This document shows positions 48,101 to 60,199 of a stretch of DNA of 64,000 nucleotides, one piece after another (the stretch's first letter is position 1; the number at the start of each line of letters is the position of its first letter). The translations under genes and the position numbers were made by a program. Origin of the DNA: Lytechinus pictus. Its lineage: Eukaryota. The stretch spans positions 22,630,001 through 22,694,000 of the forward strand of contig NC_087255.1 in assembly GCF_037042905.1 (NCBI RefSeq), written 5' to 3'. The notes beneath the pieces are model-generated. The model worked only from the letters and a program-made list of their open reading frames with translations, ran no database searches and had not been told where the DNA came from.

Positions 48101-48162
48101 ATGAACCACACTGGAACGACATAGGGTATATGTCAATCCCGGACCAACTAATTTTGAAATAA
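45136..48162 (+). CDS. Non-LTR retrotransposon RT / restriction-like endonuclease ORF (Hero/NeSL/R2 group)
   Basis: RT motifs SAPGDDG, NFRMISL, FFDLTDAFGSV, GTFQGDPFSP, YADD and KFLG. Zinc knuckle CDLC..TLHHVLNHC, then RHD, and RLE RPDLV..ELTVP..K..KY. No stops over 1008 codons. The first ~25 codons are probably flanking DNA. Confidence 0.95.
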   Translation: MSLQQLTFSMLHFTLTLMTAGIYILCNTNEANCRQFTIPTLSENHWRELNHDLSSLLSPAHFELCNGVLNPKQAGDAFSELLTEFLQNVPEISQKQSDQYISHEPKTLTAARKKKNALRKKAFSRNASAEDRKAFSDAIKAVSHLKHLEEEKRRGKSATFQEKQIKDNFWSFARRAADGSLSKDPAGPTFSAHYANQYYPHKYSISPPIDITNLNWFPFIQTERPSPFDLGPVLPKHIRALLKKKKPESAPGDDGILYGLLRKLPATHHFMATLFSKQLLFGNPPEAWSQCRITLIHKGGETNDPSNFRMISLTSCVSKLFHQILANRTIEYLLENKLIDNETQKAFLPGISGCVDHTLCLREIIAHARHVKRTAHITFFDLTDAFGSVSHEMIRHTLERNGIPPSIVDYVNNLYSRLSGYVQGPGWRSDKFRFARGTFQGDPFSPIIFILVFNPIIDRLKQYENTHGYSLNGQKYITLPYADDFILITTDKRRHQKLLNEIVDITESMNFQLKISKCKSMSISGGKPKEVNFTINGEVLRNVKDSPEKFLGSYITFKGTSQEAYELIHNKLEKMLDNVQSTLVRPELKLKIYERYILSSVKFLLTVHDLTKTQLYKLDSLNARYLKKWLEFPSRGATSAIIHSPTGLDIPQLSDVYFECHCMSIAHGLTRADPRVQAAVEQKLDRELTYTNKSYGNVHAAVTVENVMSSMQDSNWKTLRKGIKSNVKEERDRKWASKIKTLVVQGQYLNLLNEQDTDISWKSIIYNLPRRVLSFAVRASIDALPTFRNLQRWGKRVSGKCDLCSNTQTLHHVLNHCQTMLTQGRYTWRHDSILNYIFQVITLSELVSQGELCVNVDLTGNLSSASTIPVSILPTTDRPDLVIYRPRVKEIFIFELTVPFEMNMTNSHRYKVNKYTPLVNDLRHSGYKCTLWCFEAGSRGHISEENRATLKAMFQLVNVQNLKGQIKHICQTLSRLALVTSYGIYNARNEPHWNDIGYMSIPDQLILK

Positions 48163-48943
48163 GCGACACCCCTGAATTTATATAAAATGTACTATCACCT
48201 AATGGTGACTGTCCGATATGCTAGTCTCGAACGGAACTGTCGTATCATGTCTTATTGCTGATGAGGAAAACAAAATTGATGTATTATACATTAAGTATTA
48301 CTATTGTTTAATGAAGAGCTCATACATAATTCTTACCACGTTGAAACATCATTATAAAAAAAAAATAAACTGTATAAATGTAGTTATACATTTGCCGTAG
48401 AACATAACCTTGTTTATATATTAATATCTAGCTGCTTATCAAATTTTGAATGTGCAACAATGAAATATACCATTAATTTTCTTGTCTAATTTACGATACG
48501 TTAATAATACCGATATAATTATTTCCAAAACAAATTATCCCTGTACATATCAACTATTTTATACAATTGTAAATTTAATAGGCCTACTCCACTCCATATA
48601 ACTTATTACAACATCTTAACCTATTATAAATTAAGTAATATTATTGTTTAATGAATAACTTATACACGATTCTTAATATGTTGAAATATCATTAAATTAA
48701 TATACTTTCTTTTTATTGTTATAGAATTAATACGTACTCTCTTGTTCAAGTTAGGTCTTTAAAAGTTTCATTTTCTATTTCATGTATGTATCTTTGTATG
48801 GTATTATTATTGTATGTCATGATGCCATGTATGTACTGTCTATGTATTACACCCTGCCAATGGCACAATGATTATATTGTTATAGTTCTGTGCCATGGAC
48901 CTGGGTTGAATGTATAACTTATTTTGATTAATAAAGATGAAAC
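45210..48943 (+). mobile_element. RLE-clade non-LTR retrotransposon, probably 5'-truncated
   Basis: Flanked by the direct repeat ATATATATACT (45199-45209 and 48944-48954), with AATAAA at 48930. The AT-rich 3' UTR has an internal ~70-bp duplication (~48285-48355 and ~48626-48695). An alternative 3' end near 49190 is possible. Confidence 0.7.
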
Positions 48944-50219
48944 ATATATATACTGGTGACTCTGGTTTATGCAGGTTTTTGAATAACTTGATGTATGGTA
49001 ACTGCAATGTATAGAAACAAGGCTTAGCCACCAGTCAAAATGAAGTTATCCATGGTTAACTAATGGCAATTAACTGCAGACTATTGTATTGTGTGCTGAA
49101 CATTGCGGTCCGCATTTAATGATATGGTTTGTATTTTTACAAACAATTCACGCCTACCGACTATGATACTGTATGTGAATAAAATTTGTATCAAAAACAT
49201 AAAAGTAATACCAAAAGTTTTGATTTCAAGTATATAGGCTGAATTTGGGAATTAGTTTAAAATGATAAAAAGTCTTTGTACACAGAAAATTAAAGACATT
49301 TTAAAGTGCACTCCATTATTCCAGTAATGTACATGTTACTGTTGTTGGTAGAATCTTCCAATTAAAATTAAACACATCTGATTTGATATTTTTTAAAATC
49401 CTGAAGTAGGCCTATACTAAGTTTTGACATTCAAAAAGCTAAAAAACATCTACAGTGTGTACTTCCAATAGAATGTATTTTAATTTATGTGATTATAATG
49501 TTATTATAACCTTGACTTTAATTTCACATACTTGAGTGAGATCTGATGATGTATGAAATTAATTTTTCAGCACCACTTGAAAATATGAGAGGTGTATTTT
49601 GTTATGAAAACATAATGATCTTGAGTTTACTGTCAAAACATGTTTATTGAATCATGTAGGTTCATTGTAAACCAACACTGTTATTTTTAGCACATGTTTT
49701 TTGTTCTAAACCACAAATAGACTTTATTGCAGGTGTACTGGTTTCCAATTATGTATCAAGTGGTGCAATGGGGGGGGGGGGGGAAATCATCTTTTTGATA
49801 AATCCTTCAATAAAATCCCCTATAGTATTGGTCTCTTTGGGTCACTCTTCACCAGTTGAAGTGAATGATTTTACCCTGGTCTTAAATCGTGAGCCCAAGC
49901 TCAATATCTTTACTTCAAACTTGCTTCACTACATTATGTTTCTAATAAAGCACTAAAACTACTTTCACCCTGATTGTTGGAATCAAATCGGGGCAGGATT
50001 TTTTTAATTTTCTAGGAGCCATTTTTTGTTTAATAATTGGAGCAATTGTTGAATTTTGGGGGCTATTTCTTTTATTTTAATGGCCATTTTTTCTGCGACA
50101 AGCAGTCATGTGGCTAATCTGGCTATTTTGCAAGGGCCAAATAATCCTGTACTGAAGGTGGGGTAAGCACACTTTTTAAAAACGTTGGAAGGAAACAGAG
50201 AAAAGAAAGTGGACTAAAC

Positions 50220-50343
50220 TTAAATGGGAAGTTCATCCTGACAAAGTTCATTGGAAGTAGGCCTATAGCAGAAAAATATTAAAAAATATTGGCTAAGGTT
50301 TGAGCTATTTTTACAATAAACTTCTTTTCAGGGTGAACTTCTC
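50220..50343. mobile_element. Internally deleted Kolobok-like MITE
   Basis: TTAA-ATGGGAAGTTCATCCTGA...TCAGGGTGAACTTCTC. Same family as 14587-15071. Confidence 0.6.
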
Positions 50344-50875
50344 AAAGAAAATTTTGACCATGAGAAAAGGGTAGGCCATAGAGCTACCATGGAGCTATGG
50401 AACTACAGTGACTGATAGGAGCAGTGATGGTAGATCGTGTCCATCAACAGCTGCCTGACAGACTGTTTCAATCAGCCAACCTGACATCTCTCCATCAGCT
50501 GGAGGGGAAATATTTGGGAGATATCATGTCCCACTGACCTGATAATGAGGTCAAGCTATTATGCAATCAAGCCAATGAAGTTGGAATGCGTATGAGGCAG
50601 CTGGTATGTGACATTGACTGGCAAGGGGAAGTTGAAGTGGTAGTCTTCCCCTTCAGACCTATTTTACTGTATTTAGTAGGGATGCCTAGAGTCATAGGCC
50701 CACTTATGATACATGTATATGATGTATGATATTGATTAGGCTTAGTATTGATCATTCATTGAGACCTAATGCATCCACAGAATGTTCTTTAGTTTAGAAC
50801 CCAGTCAGTATGCAATAATTGTTCTCAAATTTTGGGCAGGCCAAGGCTACAACCTCTTGTTGTTGGACTCAATAT

Positions 50876-51332
50876 GACACCGTTCTCACTACGTTCCTAA
50901 AACTAGTTTACTGAAAACTAGTTTAGTGGAAACTAGTTCATGTGTAGTGAGAACGGTCAAAGCGGTCTTGGAAGCGATCTTCCGAACCGGTTCAGAAAAC
51001 CACCTTGCAATGTAGTTTTCAAGATCGCTTTGCCTCGGTAAACTGGTTTTAGCGTGAGGACACAACCGTTCATCGGGAAGCGATCTTCGCACATTTTGAG
51101 CGCACTTCTCCACACGACAGGTGTAGAATGCCTACGCTGCGGTTTCGAAGTTTGCGGGAAACGTGTCACCCCACCAAGAGCATTTCCATAGCAACAAGAT
51201 CGCTTTACCTGAAGTGATTTTGAAAACCACTTTTGTGTGATCAAGTGAGAATGCTAGCAAAGCGATGTTCCAAACTGGTTTCCTGAATCGGTTTCTAGTA
51301 AAGTAGTTTTAGAAAGCGTAATGAGCACGCCA
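50876..51332. mobile_element. MITE
   Basis: CGTTCTCACTACGTTCCTAAAACTAGTTTACT versus AGTAAAGTAGTTTTAGAAAGCGTAATGAGCACG, with internal AAACYRGTTT palindromes. Confidence 0.7.
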
Positions 51333-51689
51333 CGGCCTCTATGAGGAGGTATTACATGTTGCAACTCATTCAGTGGGCTGTTGAATAGAGGTGTTGCATT
51401 AAACAGGCAACTTAGGTTTGGAGATACTAGTATTGGTTTAGTGCATACAATGTAGCTGCAAGGGCTTTTGGAGAGTTACATTAGGCCTACATGTAAGTCA
51501 TAAAGTGAATAGACTACAAAGAGTAGATAGAGCCTTGGATGCAAAAAACAAAAGCATACAAAGCAAAGGACAACAAGATGTTTCACTTCATATTAATATG
51601 GGACAAGATCATATAATCTGTGTAGCAAATGCTATGTTCGAAGTTGTTTCTCAAGCTCATGGTTTTGAATGTACATGGAGGGTGCTTAT

Positions 51690-52506
51690 CAAGTATTGTT
51701 GATTCTGCAATAATTTCATCAGTACTATGTAGTACATGTTTTGGTGACAATGTTCAACAACTCAACTGCCAGACCAAACCCTATTCTCTATTTACCCAAA
51801 GTAAACAAAAAAGATTGATCAGACAGTATGCTTCAAATGTTTGGTCATTCATATTACCTGGTACTGATGACATCATATTGTCTTGGCCAATCATATTTCA
51901 AACTACTTGTAGCAGTCTTGATAAAGTGTAGACAAATTGACAACTGATTCCATAATGCATTGTGATCTGTATAGCTGGCCAAAATTTTTCGGGTACTACT
52001 TTTCATAACTTACTGCCTAAATCTGCAACATTGGATGAGCTTTAACATTGCAATTAAAGGGGATTTCCAGGGCTAAAATGTGAGTTTCCATGGCTCTTTT
52101 GAGTATTACAGGGGCAAAAGCCGAGTGTAGCTTTTCCCTGGACAAGACCATAATCTGTACATAGCATTATGAAGTTAATCAAGCTCTTAAAGTAAAGTAT
52201 TGTTGATTCTAACTTAAATATGAAAAAGTATTGTTGATTCAGCAATAATTTCAGCAATAGGCTGTTATCATAATTCCAATATGTACATGTATTGGCAGGA
52301 CAATGTTCAACAACTGTCGACCAAACCCATAAATCTCTATTTGCTCAAAGTAAACAAAGAAGTTTGAACAGACGGTTTGGTCATTCATAAACAGGGTACT
52401 GATGACATCACACTGTCTTGGCCAATCATATTTCAAACTACTTATAGCAGTTTTGATGAAGTGTAAACAAATTGACAACTGACTTATTAGTGTATTGTGA
52501 TCTATA
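51690..52506. repeat. ~280-bp direct duplication (51690-51972 and 52226-52506)
   Basis: Collinear shared blocks AAGTATTGTTGATTC, GACAATGTTCAACAACT, CAAAGTAAACAAA, GGTACTGATGACATCA, TGTCTTGGCCAATCATATTTCAAACTACTT and ACAAATTGACAACTGA. Confidence 0.85.
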
Positions 52507-53049
52507 TATTTTTATGTCTATTAATATTTTCTTTTTACTATCCTGAAGACACCTTTTGGATTTGCATTTCTGATATTTTCTTTGTGCAGAAATCCATGTA
52601 GATTCTAGAATATATTAGGATCCAACCATCTGTGTGCATTGGGCATACAATTGTTTTTGGTCTTCTCTTTAACTCTTATATAATTCACATTCCAGGATTT
52701 TCTTTGCACAGGAATTTGTCTTTAAGATTTCAGGTTCTGTCGGAATTGCACACGTGTCTTATTTTGTTTTAATGTCAAACTTCACATTGATTAATTTGGA
52801 AAGGAAGTTATCTGCTTGTATCAGGGAAAATTTCACAGGTGCTTTGGGGAGAATTTATTCCTGGAAGTGCTCAAAAAGAGCACTGAAAAATGATCCCCAT
52901 TCACTGAAATGTTGAAACTCACCCAATGTTGGAGATCTAATGGCAGTAGTTTGTGGAAAGCAGCCCCTGAAAATACAAAAAATAGTTTTTGGCATGATAT
53001 TTACAATGTAAATTCTACATTGTAAAAATCTATATGGGAACATAATACA

Positions 53050-53767
53050 TTAACGTCATTGCATATTTATATTGTACCATCAGTAGGTGGTTTCAGACCG
53101 CCTCGAAGTTCGCCAGTTCCAGGTATTCTCTGATCGGGAAATTTACCCCGATCAGAAAATACCAGGTATTTTGGCGGTCTGAAAGCAAACTACGCGTAAT
53201 ATCCCCGAAAGAAAATACCCGATAAATAGTAGGTACTTGGCGAAATTACGAGAACTTTCGCGGGGATTTTTCCAAGGTCGTGGGTATTTTGGCGGTCTGA
53301 AAGCAAATTACGGGAACTTTTAGCCCAGCGTGTCGTTGGGTGCGGCGCCGTGCATGGGTTGCTGCTGGGCTAGTGATTTTGAATTTCGCGCCTTGCTGCT
53401 TATCAGACCATACTGCGCATGCTCGTAACTTCAGGAACTTATCCCGAAGGGTATGTTTCAGGGCGGTGTGAATGCAGGAATAATTAATGGGTATTTTTCA
53501 GCCTAAAAAAGTTCTCGTAATTTAACGGGGATTCTTCTGATCGAGGCGGTTTGAAACCACCTAGTCTAGAAATAAATCTATTCCAAGGCGCATTGTTACA
53601 CCAGCTTTAGCTCAAGCAGCCTTCCAGCGTGTAGTGTATTTCGAGGAATTAATCCTGTTGGGTACCTATTCACCTCACCTGGGTTGAGTGCAGCATGATG
53701 TGGGATTCGAACCCACGTCCCTCTGATTGAGAGACGAGAGTTTTTACCACTAGACCATAACGCCCCA
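53050..53767 (-). mobile_element. tRNA-derived SINE interrupted by a MITE
   Basis: B box GGTTCGAATCCC on the minus strand (53703-53714) and a core shared with 17130-17417. The tail remnant lies left of the MITE. Confidence 0.7.
53086..53561. mobile_element. TA-flanked MITE with GG...CC termini
   Basis: TA|GGTGGTTTCAGACCGCCTCGA...TCGAGGCGGTTTGAAACCACC|TA. CpG-rich interior. Confidence 0.88.
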
Positions 53768-54299
53768 CATAGATAAGTTTCTTACAAATCTGCCACAGAG
53801 CATGGAGATACTGTACTTGTCTTAGCTACATGTACATGTACAGTATATGCACAAAGGCATCAATTGCTGTATAGGTCTACATGTAGGCCTCCATGTACAG
53901 GGAACATCTTATCTGAAGAGAAATTCCCCTGGTTTTGGAGGGTGTGAAATTCCTATTGTCATCGTGATGTCTTGGGTATAACTATAAATTGGAGGTGATC
54001 ATTGTTATGCAAATGTCACCTTGATAGTGTAAAGAGTAAACATTGAAGAAGGGCAAACAAGCACCTTAACACCCCCAACATTTCGGCCTAATGGTTGTAT
54101 TTGGGTGGAACGAACAAGAGTGCATCGATTCCTGCATGTATGTAGGGCTATATGTACACAGTCATGGCCACATGAACCTTATTTTCCTCTGATCTGAGTA
54201 AAATTTGTGTCTGAAGCAAAATAAATGTAATTTTGAGTAAAGATAACGATAATAATTATGAAAATAATTATGTGCAACATTAAAATATAGCTCTGCAGG

Positions 54300-54442
54300 T
54301 CTGCATACCACTACCCTGGCTGGAGTATAACTATCCAGATTGGGTGCTAGAGCGTGCAAGGTATTCCTCAGGCACACTTTTACTACACCTGAGTGGAGAA
54401 TGGCCAATTTTGATAAATGTCTGGCTTAAGGACCTGAGTGCT
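54300..54442 (-). mobile_element. SINE fragment
   Basis: ACACCTGAGTGGAGAATGGC core as in 60385-60405. Confidence 0.5.
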
Positions 54443-55604
54443 AGAAATAATCTTTAAAAGAATTAGATGAATTGCTTGGATATCAAGCATTTGCTTGAAA
54501 AATATGGTGAATGAAATAAAAAATTTGCTTCACTTTTAGCTCATGTTCATCTTGCCTGAACACTATTTGCTTTTGGTTTCAATAATGAATGTTACACTGA
54601 TGCAACAAATTAAAAGACATGGCTTACATCTTTCTTCTTAATAAAAATACTAATTTAGAAAAAAATAATAATCATACCAATTCAAGCGAAAGGCTTGCAA
54701 AAGGCCAGAAAAATGTTATTTTAATACGTTTGACACTTTTGATAAATATTTTAAAAATATTTTCAGGCTATTTCAATTATCAACTTAAAAATCACAGACC
54801 TTAGCGTTAAATTTCCTTATTTTGAATAGGACAAGGACATTTATTTTCATAGTGCACATTTCTTTATTGCTATATTAATAATGGGAAAAATGAAAAAGGG
54901 CATAATAGGTCAATGAGCACTATAAAGGCCATTCAATAGGGCATACATGTACATGGTAATGTATTCACTCAAGCCATGAAATCGATAATCAATGACGTTG
55001 AGAATCTGAAATTTAGTACTGCATGTATGTTGATTCTTTAGTGAGCATACCCATTGATGTACGCATGAAAAATGTGTGTGAAAATGCTGTTAAAATTCAG
55101 AAATAAGGATGAGTATCATTTTCGGAAAATCTACCGTACCTCTCACCCTCTCCCTGCTAAACCTGCTTCTTTATGAAGAAGCATTGCATTTGAAAGCTGC
55201 GCTGGCAGTGTCTTCATTTTTCTATAAGAGATTACTGTGCAGTCCTTGGTATGCAAAAAGTCTGCTTTCCAATACAGTAGTTAGGCATTGATGTAAATAC
55301 CAAAGGTCAACGGATGCTGGGATCTGTTTCAAGTGTCGCATTTTAATGTCCACCGTACATAATATCGAGATGAGTGCATGCATCCCGTATGCTTCAACAA
55401 TATGTACATGTACATAGGTTTATGCACATGAATGTTTAGACTCGTATATTATTGTATGTTTTGTGATATATTTTGTGCTCCTACATGTACATGTACTGTA
55501 TGGGAAGCTATTGGTGTATATTTTTTCTGATACAATGCAGCATATTCATTTGGAAAAGTGAAGATACTACAACTTTATAAGGCTTGGCTGGTAGCATGAT
55601 AGGA

Positions 55605-55784
55605 NNNNNNNNNNNNNNNNNNNNNNNNNNNNNNNNNNNNNNNNNNNNNNNNNNNNNNNNNNNNNNNNNNNNNNNNNNNNNNNNNNNNNNNNNNNNNNNN
55701 NNNNNNNNNNNNNNNNNNNNNNNNNNNNNNNNNNNNNNNNNNNNNNNNNNNNNNNNNNNNNNNNNNNNNNNNNNNNNNNNNNNN
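55605..55784. other. Assembly gap (180 N)
   Basis: Run of N adjacent to a GAT microsatellite. Confidence 0.99.
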
Positions 55785-55980
55785 TGGTGGTGTTGATTGA
55801 TGAGGATGATAATGATAGATGCTGATGATGAAAACATTATGGTACCTAATGATGATAAGGAGGATCAGGAGGAGAAGGAGGATAAAGATCTGTCATCTGA
55901 TGACAGATAATGTTCATGAATGTGGTGATGATGGTGATGACGATGGTGGTGATGATGACGACGATGATGATGATGGTAGT
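55785..55980. repeat. (GAT/GGT/GGA)n microsatellite
   Basis: Directly visible. Confidence 0.8.
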
Positions 55981-56360
55981 CGTGTACATGTAATAATGAA
56001 TTATTATGTTGTTTATGGCTTTTTCAACCCGTATAAGAATGAGAATGGCTTTGGTTGTGGCAATGGTCATTTGGGCTTTGCATGCCCTATAGAGTGGCCT
56101 CAATGCCCCTTTCAATGGCCTTTACAGTATGTAGATCTATAATAATATATTTGTGCCTTTTTAAAACCTTCCCATTAATTTTGTGCTGTAATTTAAAAAT
56201 GTGCCCATTTGAAGAGTCGTCTTGCCCTGAAAATATAGAAATTTAAGGTCTGCATGATTCAGTGTTATGATGGGATTGTTAATGACGGGTAAAGTTCTTC
56301 CTTCTACAGTATATTCAGGGTTATGCAGTGTGTAAAGCACACCCAAAGAGCAGCATTTAA

Positions 56361-56973
56361 GGGGATGCTCTTGGCTGGAAATATTTATAACTAAATAAAT
56401 AGAGTAAAATTCACTGAGCAAAATGCTGAAAATTTCATCAAAATCGGATAACAAATAATGAACTTGTTGAATTTTAAAGTTAAGCAATACTTTGTGAAAA
56501 TAATTATGTGCACATTGTCATGAATATTCATTAGGTGGGCTGATGATGTCACATCATCACTTTCCTTTTTCATATGTTATTTATACATCAAATCATAATT
56601 GTTTCTTTTTTCATACAAGTGTAAATGATGTGCCTCCATTATGACAAAATATGTTGCATCAATGAATATCTTATGCATTAAATCGGTTGTCAATCCAATT
56701 TTTTCAGTTTTTGGTAGAAAAAAATGAATAAACCTAATTTCATATAATAAAATTCAAAGAACAAGTGGGGATACATGTATGACATTATCAATTTGCTCAT
56801 AGAATATTCATGAAGACATGCTTAGAACTGTTTCACCGGAATAATGCAAATCTCTAAAATGCCATAACATTGTTTTATTCCTTGTCTGATTTCAATCATT
56901 TTTTGTGTGTGTTTTGTTTGTCTGATTTTTCTTTATCTGTTTATATCATAATGTTTTCAGCCCGGAGCATCCC
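56361..56973. mobile_element. Kolobok-like MITE (TTAA TSD)
   Basis: TTAA|GGGGATGCTC..GGCTG...CAGCCCGGAGCATCCC|TTAA. Body homologous to 5745-6330. Confidence 0.85.
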
Positions 56974-57351
56974 TTAAACATATGAGGCTCCAGAAAATAA
57001 TGGATGTAGTGACTCATTAAAGAAGCTTTTCACATGGACACTTGATTGGGGAAAAAAGCATAAAGGTCATGCCTGTATATGCAAAAGGAACAATTTCCTG
57101 ATTGACAAATATTGGCCTGATTGTCAGTTTACCATCTCTAATGATTTCCTGATTGGTGTCAGCAAGAGTATGCAAGGCATGGTCATTTCAATTCTGACAA
57201 AAATAAACTCTTTAACCTTGATGAACACAAATAATAAAGATTGTAAGATGCAGAGAGCCACTAGAAATGTTGAAGATCAGCTTTGATTGTTCACCAAAAT
57301 TTTCATCTGGATGCCCGAGTAGTCTGAAAGATTAAGAAAGATGAGCATAGT

Positions 57352-57501
57352 NNNNNNNNNNNNNNNNNNNNNNNNNNNNNNNNNNNNNNNNNNNNNNNNN
57401 NNNNNNNNNNNNNNNNNNNNNNNNNNNNNNNNNNNNNNNNNNNNNNNNNNNNNNNNNNNNNNNNNNNNNNNNNNNNNNNNNNNNNNNNNNNNNNNNNNNN
57501 N
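57352..57501. other. Assembly gap (150 N)
   Basis: Run of N. Confidence 0.99.
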
Positions 57502-57628
57502 CGTTTATTTATTAATCTATAGTTGGGAGTTTAGAGAGTTTATTTTATATTCTTGAATTACACAAACAATTTTGTAGGTTAACAAATTCTTGAGTGTTTG
57601 TACAGATGTGACGTGTGATGCTTTATAC

Positions 57629-57659
57629 CAAGGAGATACCTCTAAAAGGTATCTCCTTG
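57629..57659. mobile_element. 31-bp hairpin micro-element with 7-bp TSD
   Basis: TTTATAC|CAAGGAGATACCT-CTAAA-AGGTATCTCCTTG|TTTATAC. Confidence 0.7.
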
Positions 57660-58878
57660 TTTATACACATGCATGATGTGAGAAATGTGAGCAGTGAAAT
57701 GTCCATGCATAGTGCAATCTGATGAAGCTACAACATGAAGAACCCATCTGTTTTGTTGAGGTATAGGCTTGACCTTCAAGTAACCTCACCGAGGCGTGAG
57801 ACTGGACAACCCATGGTCTGTCTGGCCGGGCTTCCTTTCCTACACCATGTACATGTATCCTGTCCTTTGTTCAGCTTCATCTCCTTCAAGTTCATCACCA
57901 GGCCAAGTTCAATGTTATTTTGATATTTGAATTGGCTCCATGGGTTTCACTGACCAAATCAACAATGATGACTATTTGGGGTTCGTCTTCACATACATGT
58001 ACAGGTCGTTTTTCCGAGTTAGGTCTTCATCTCTCTTTGTTAATAGTCTTTTGATGAGAATTTGGGGATCAAAATTGGCCAGACCATCAGGGGCAATTTT
58101 TTTTTCTCTTTGAGGGCTACTTTTCACAACCAATTGCCTAAACCTGCAAAATTGGTTAAGCTCTAACATTGCAGTGAATGAGGATATTTGGGGGCTCTTT
58201 TTATTTTCCAGAGCTCTTTTGAGCATTTTGGGGAGCGAATTGCCCTGAGCCCCCCTGTATTTTCCCCTTGTAAACCATAGACATTGAAACTTAATGGTAA
58301 AAAAGGAGTATTAGTCATACATTGAAGTACAGACCTGTGGGGATGGTGGTAGTCAGGGATGGATTTAAGGCCCTTGGATCCCCCATGCCCATAGAGCCAC
58401 ATTTAATTTTGCTTGTCAAATAAAATACTCCCTAAATGCATGTTTGTGAGGTTTGTGAGCCACTCCACCTCCTGGCAAATCCTGTATCCAATGTTAGTGG
58501 TATATGTAGAAATATTACATATACACTGTAGGCCTACCTATTTTAATAGTGTCATGTGATTTTTTTTTCATCTGAGAACATCCGTGTTCACTGTTGCATC
58601 ATCATTATTGCATCTTTGAAAGAAATCCTTATATTCCTATTCTTTTTTTAAATATATTTCATCATGTCTTTCATCCATTCCGTTTCCATCTACGTGTATG
58701 TATGAATGCTCATTGTTTGGTCCTGTCAATATTGACCTAATAAACTTTCATGCTTGGTATCTGTTAAATGGGAATCTCATGATCACAGAACGTGAAATGT
58801 GTGACAGGTTGCCATCTGGGACCTTTCTCTCATACCGTCAGATGCACAAAAAATCAAAATGAAAAAAACAAATATTAA

Positions 58879-59461
58879 AGGAGAATGAAACCCTTGAAAC
58901 TAGCTGAATCCATATCAAAGAGAAAAATCAAAGAAACATATTGTTGAAAGTTTGAGGAAGATTGAATGAATAATAAGAAAGTTATGAGCATTTGAATATT
59001 GAGATCACTAGTGCCATGTAGATCCTCCCATCGGCAATGCGACCAAGATCTGTGATATCACACACGTACAACTCCCTCATTACTTTAGTACTTATTTCAC
59101 TTATATTCTCACTTTTATAGAGTCTATCACAAGGTTAGGTGTTTTCTTTACGAGATGACAAGTACAGAGGTTTCACAACATTATATCATTGATGAATCGT
59201 TTGTCATATGATTAGAATGAGCAAAAAGAGATGTTTTGGGGTATATTTTCAGTGTCCGAATGGGAGAGTTGTACGTGTGTGACATCACAGATCTTAATCG
59301 CATTGCCAATGGGGGGATCTCCATAGCATTAGTGATATCGACATTCAAATGCTCATAACTCTTTTATTGCTAGTCCTATTTTACTCAAAGTTTTGTTGAT
59401 CTTATTCTTTGATTTTTCTGCTTTCACAAAAGCTAACTTGCTCCAAGAGTTTCATTCTCCT
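58879..59461. mobile_element. Kolobok-like MITE (TTAA TSD)
   Basis: TTAA|AGGAGAATGAAAC...GTTTCATTCTCCT|TTAA with ~200-bp inverted arms. Confidence 0.88.
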
Positions 59462-60199
59462 TTAAGGAGTATTTTTTCACATTGGGCGATTACTGAATTT
59501 TTGAACTATTTGTTTAATTTCAAGGGTAGAAAATCATTTTTAGGGGCTATTTTGTTTTAAATTGGCATTGCTGACTTTTAGGGGCTACATGTATTTGTTC
59601 TTTTAAAGTGTTAATTATTTGCATAATTATCAATTACATGTATGGATTTAATTTTTTTTATTCTGCTGCATTTACAATTTTAATTTTCAAAATGTTGAAG
59701 TTGAAAGATCTTGGGCAACTCTTGGAAAGATGGTAGCCCCAAAGCACTCTATTTGTGGAATATTAGGGACGATTTGGGCTGTGATAAGGGCAGAATCCCC
59801 CATCACCCTGCATTTCCTATAAAATCTGAGCCAAGCTTGAAGTTTGCTTTGTAGCGTTGTTGGCCTGATGATATCAGTCATACTTTTTTCAGTTAGGATA
59901 TTTATTAGAATTCCATTACCTAAACTATGTTTCAGACAAGGAAAACTTCAGCTGCATTTGTTTGCGAATATTGTGAATGTATTTTGTTTTTCTCCTCCTT
60001 TTGATCTTCCTTCATCACATTGGGAGAGTTGTAACACAGCAGGAAGGTAACAGATTCCCCATAGAGTATTGTTTAGTTGCTACACCAGACCAAAGAAGGG
60101 TGTTTAATTGACCAACTACTGATCCTTATGCAAACCCTTTGAAAGCATACTGTATTCAGAGAATGGTTGCAGCCTACTGTTACAGACCTGTTTTCACTA

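Noticed and set aside
48255-48290. Hammerhead ribozyme at CTGATGAGGAAA in the retroelement 3' UTR
   Set aside because: There is no stem II between CTGATGA and GAAA, and no convincing stems I and III.
55508-57556. ORFs containing X runs
   Set aside because: They span assembly gaps.
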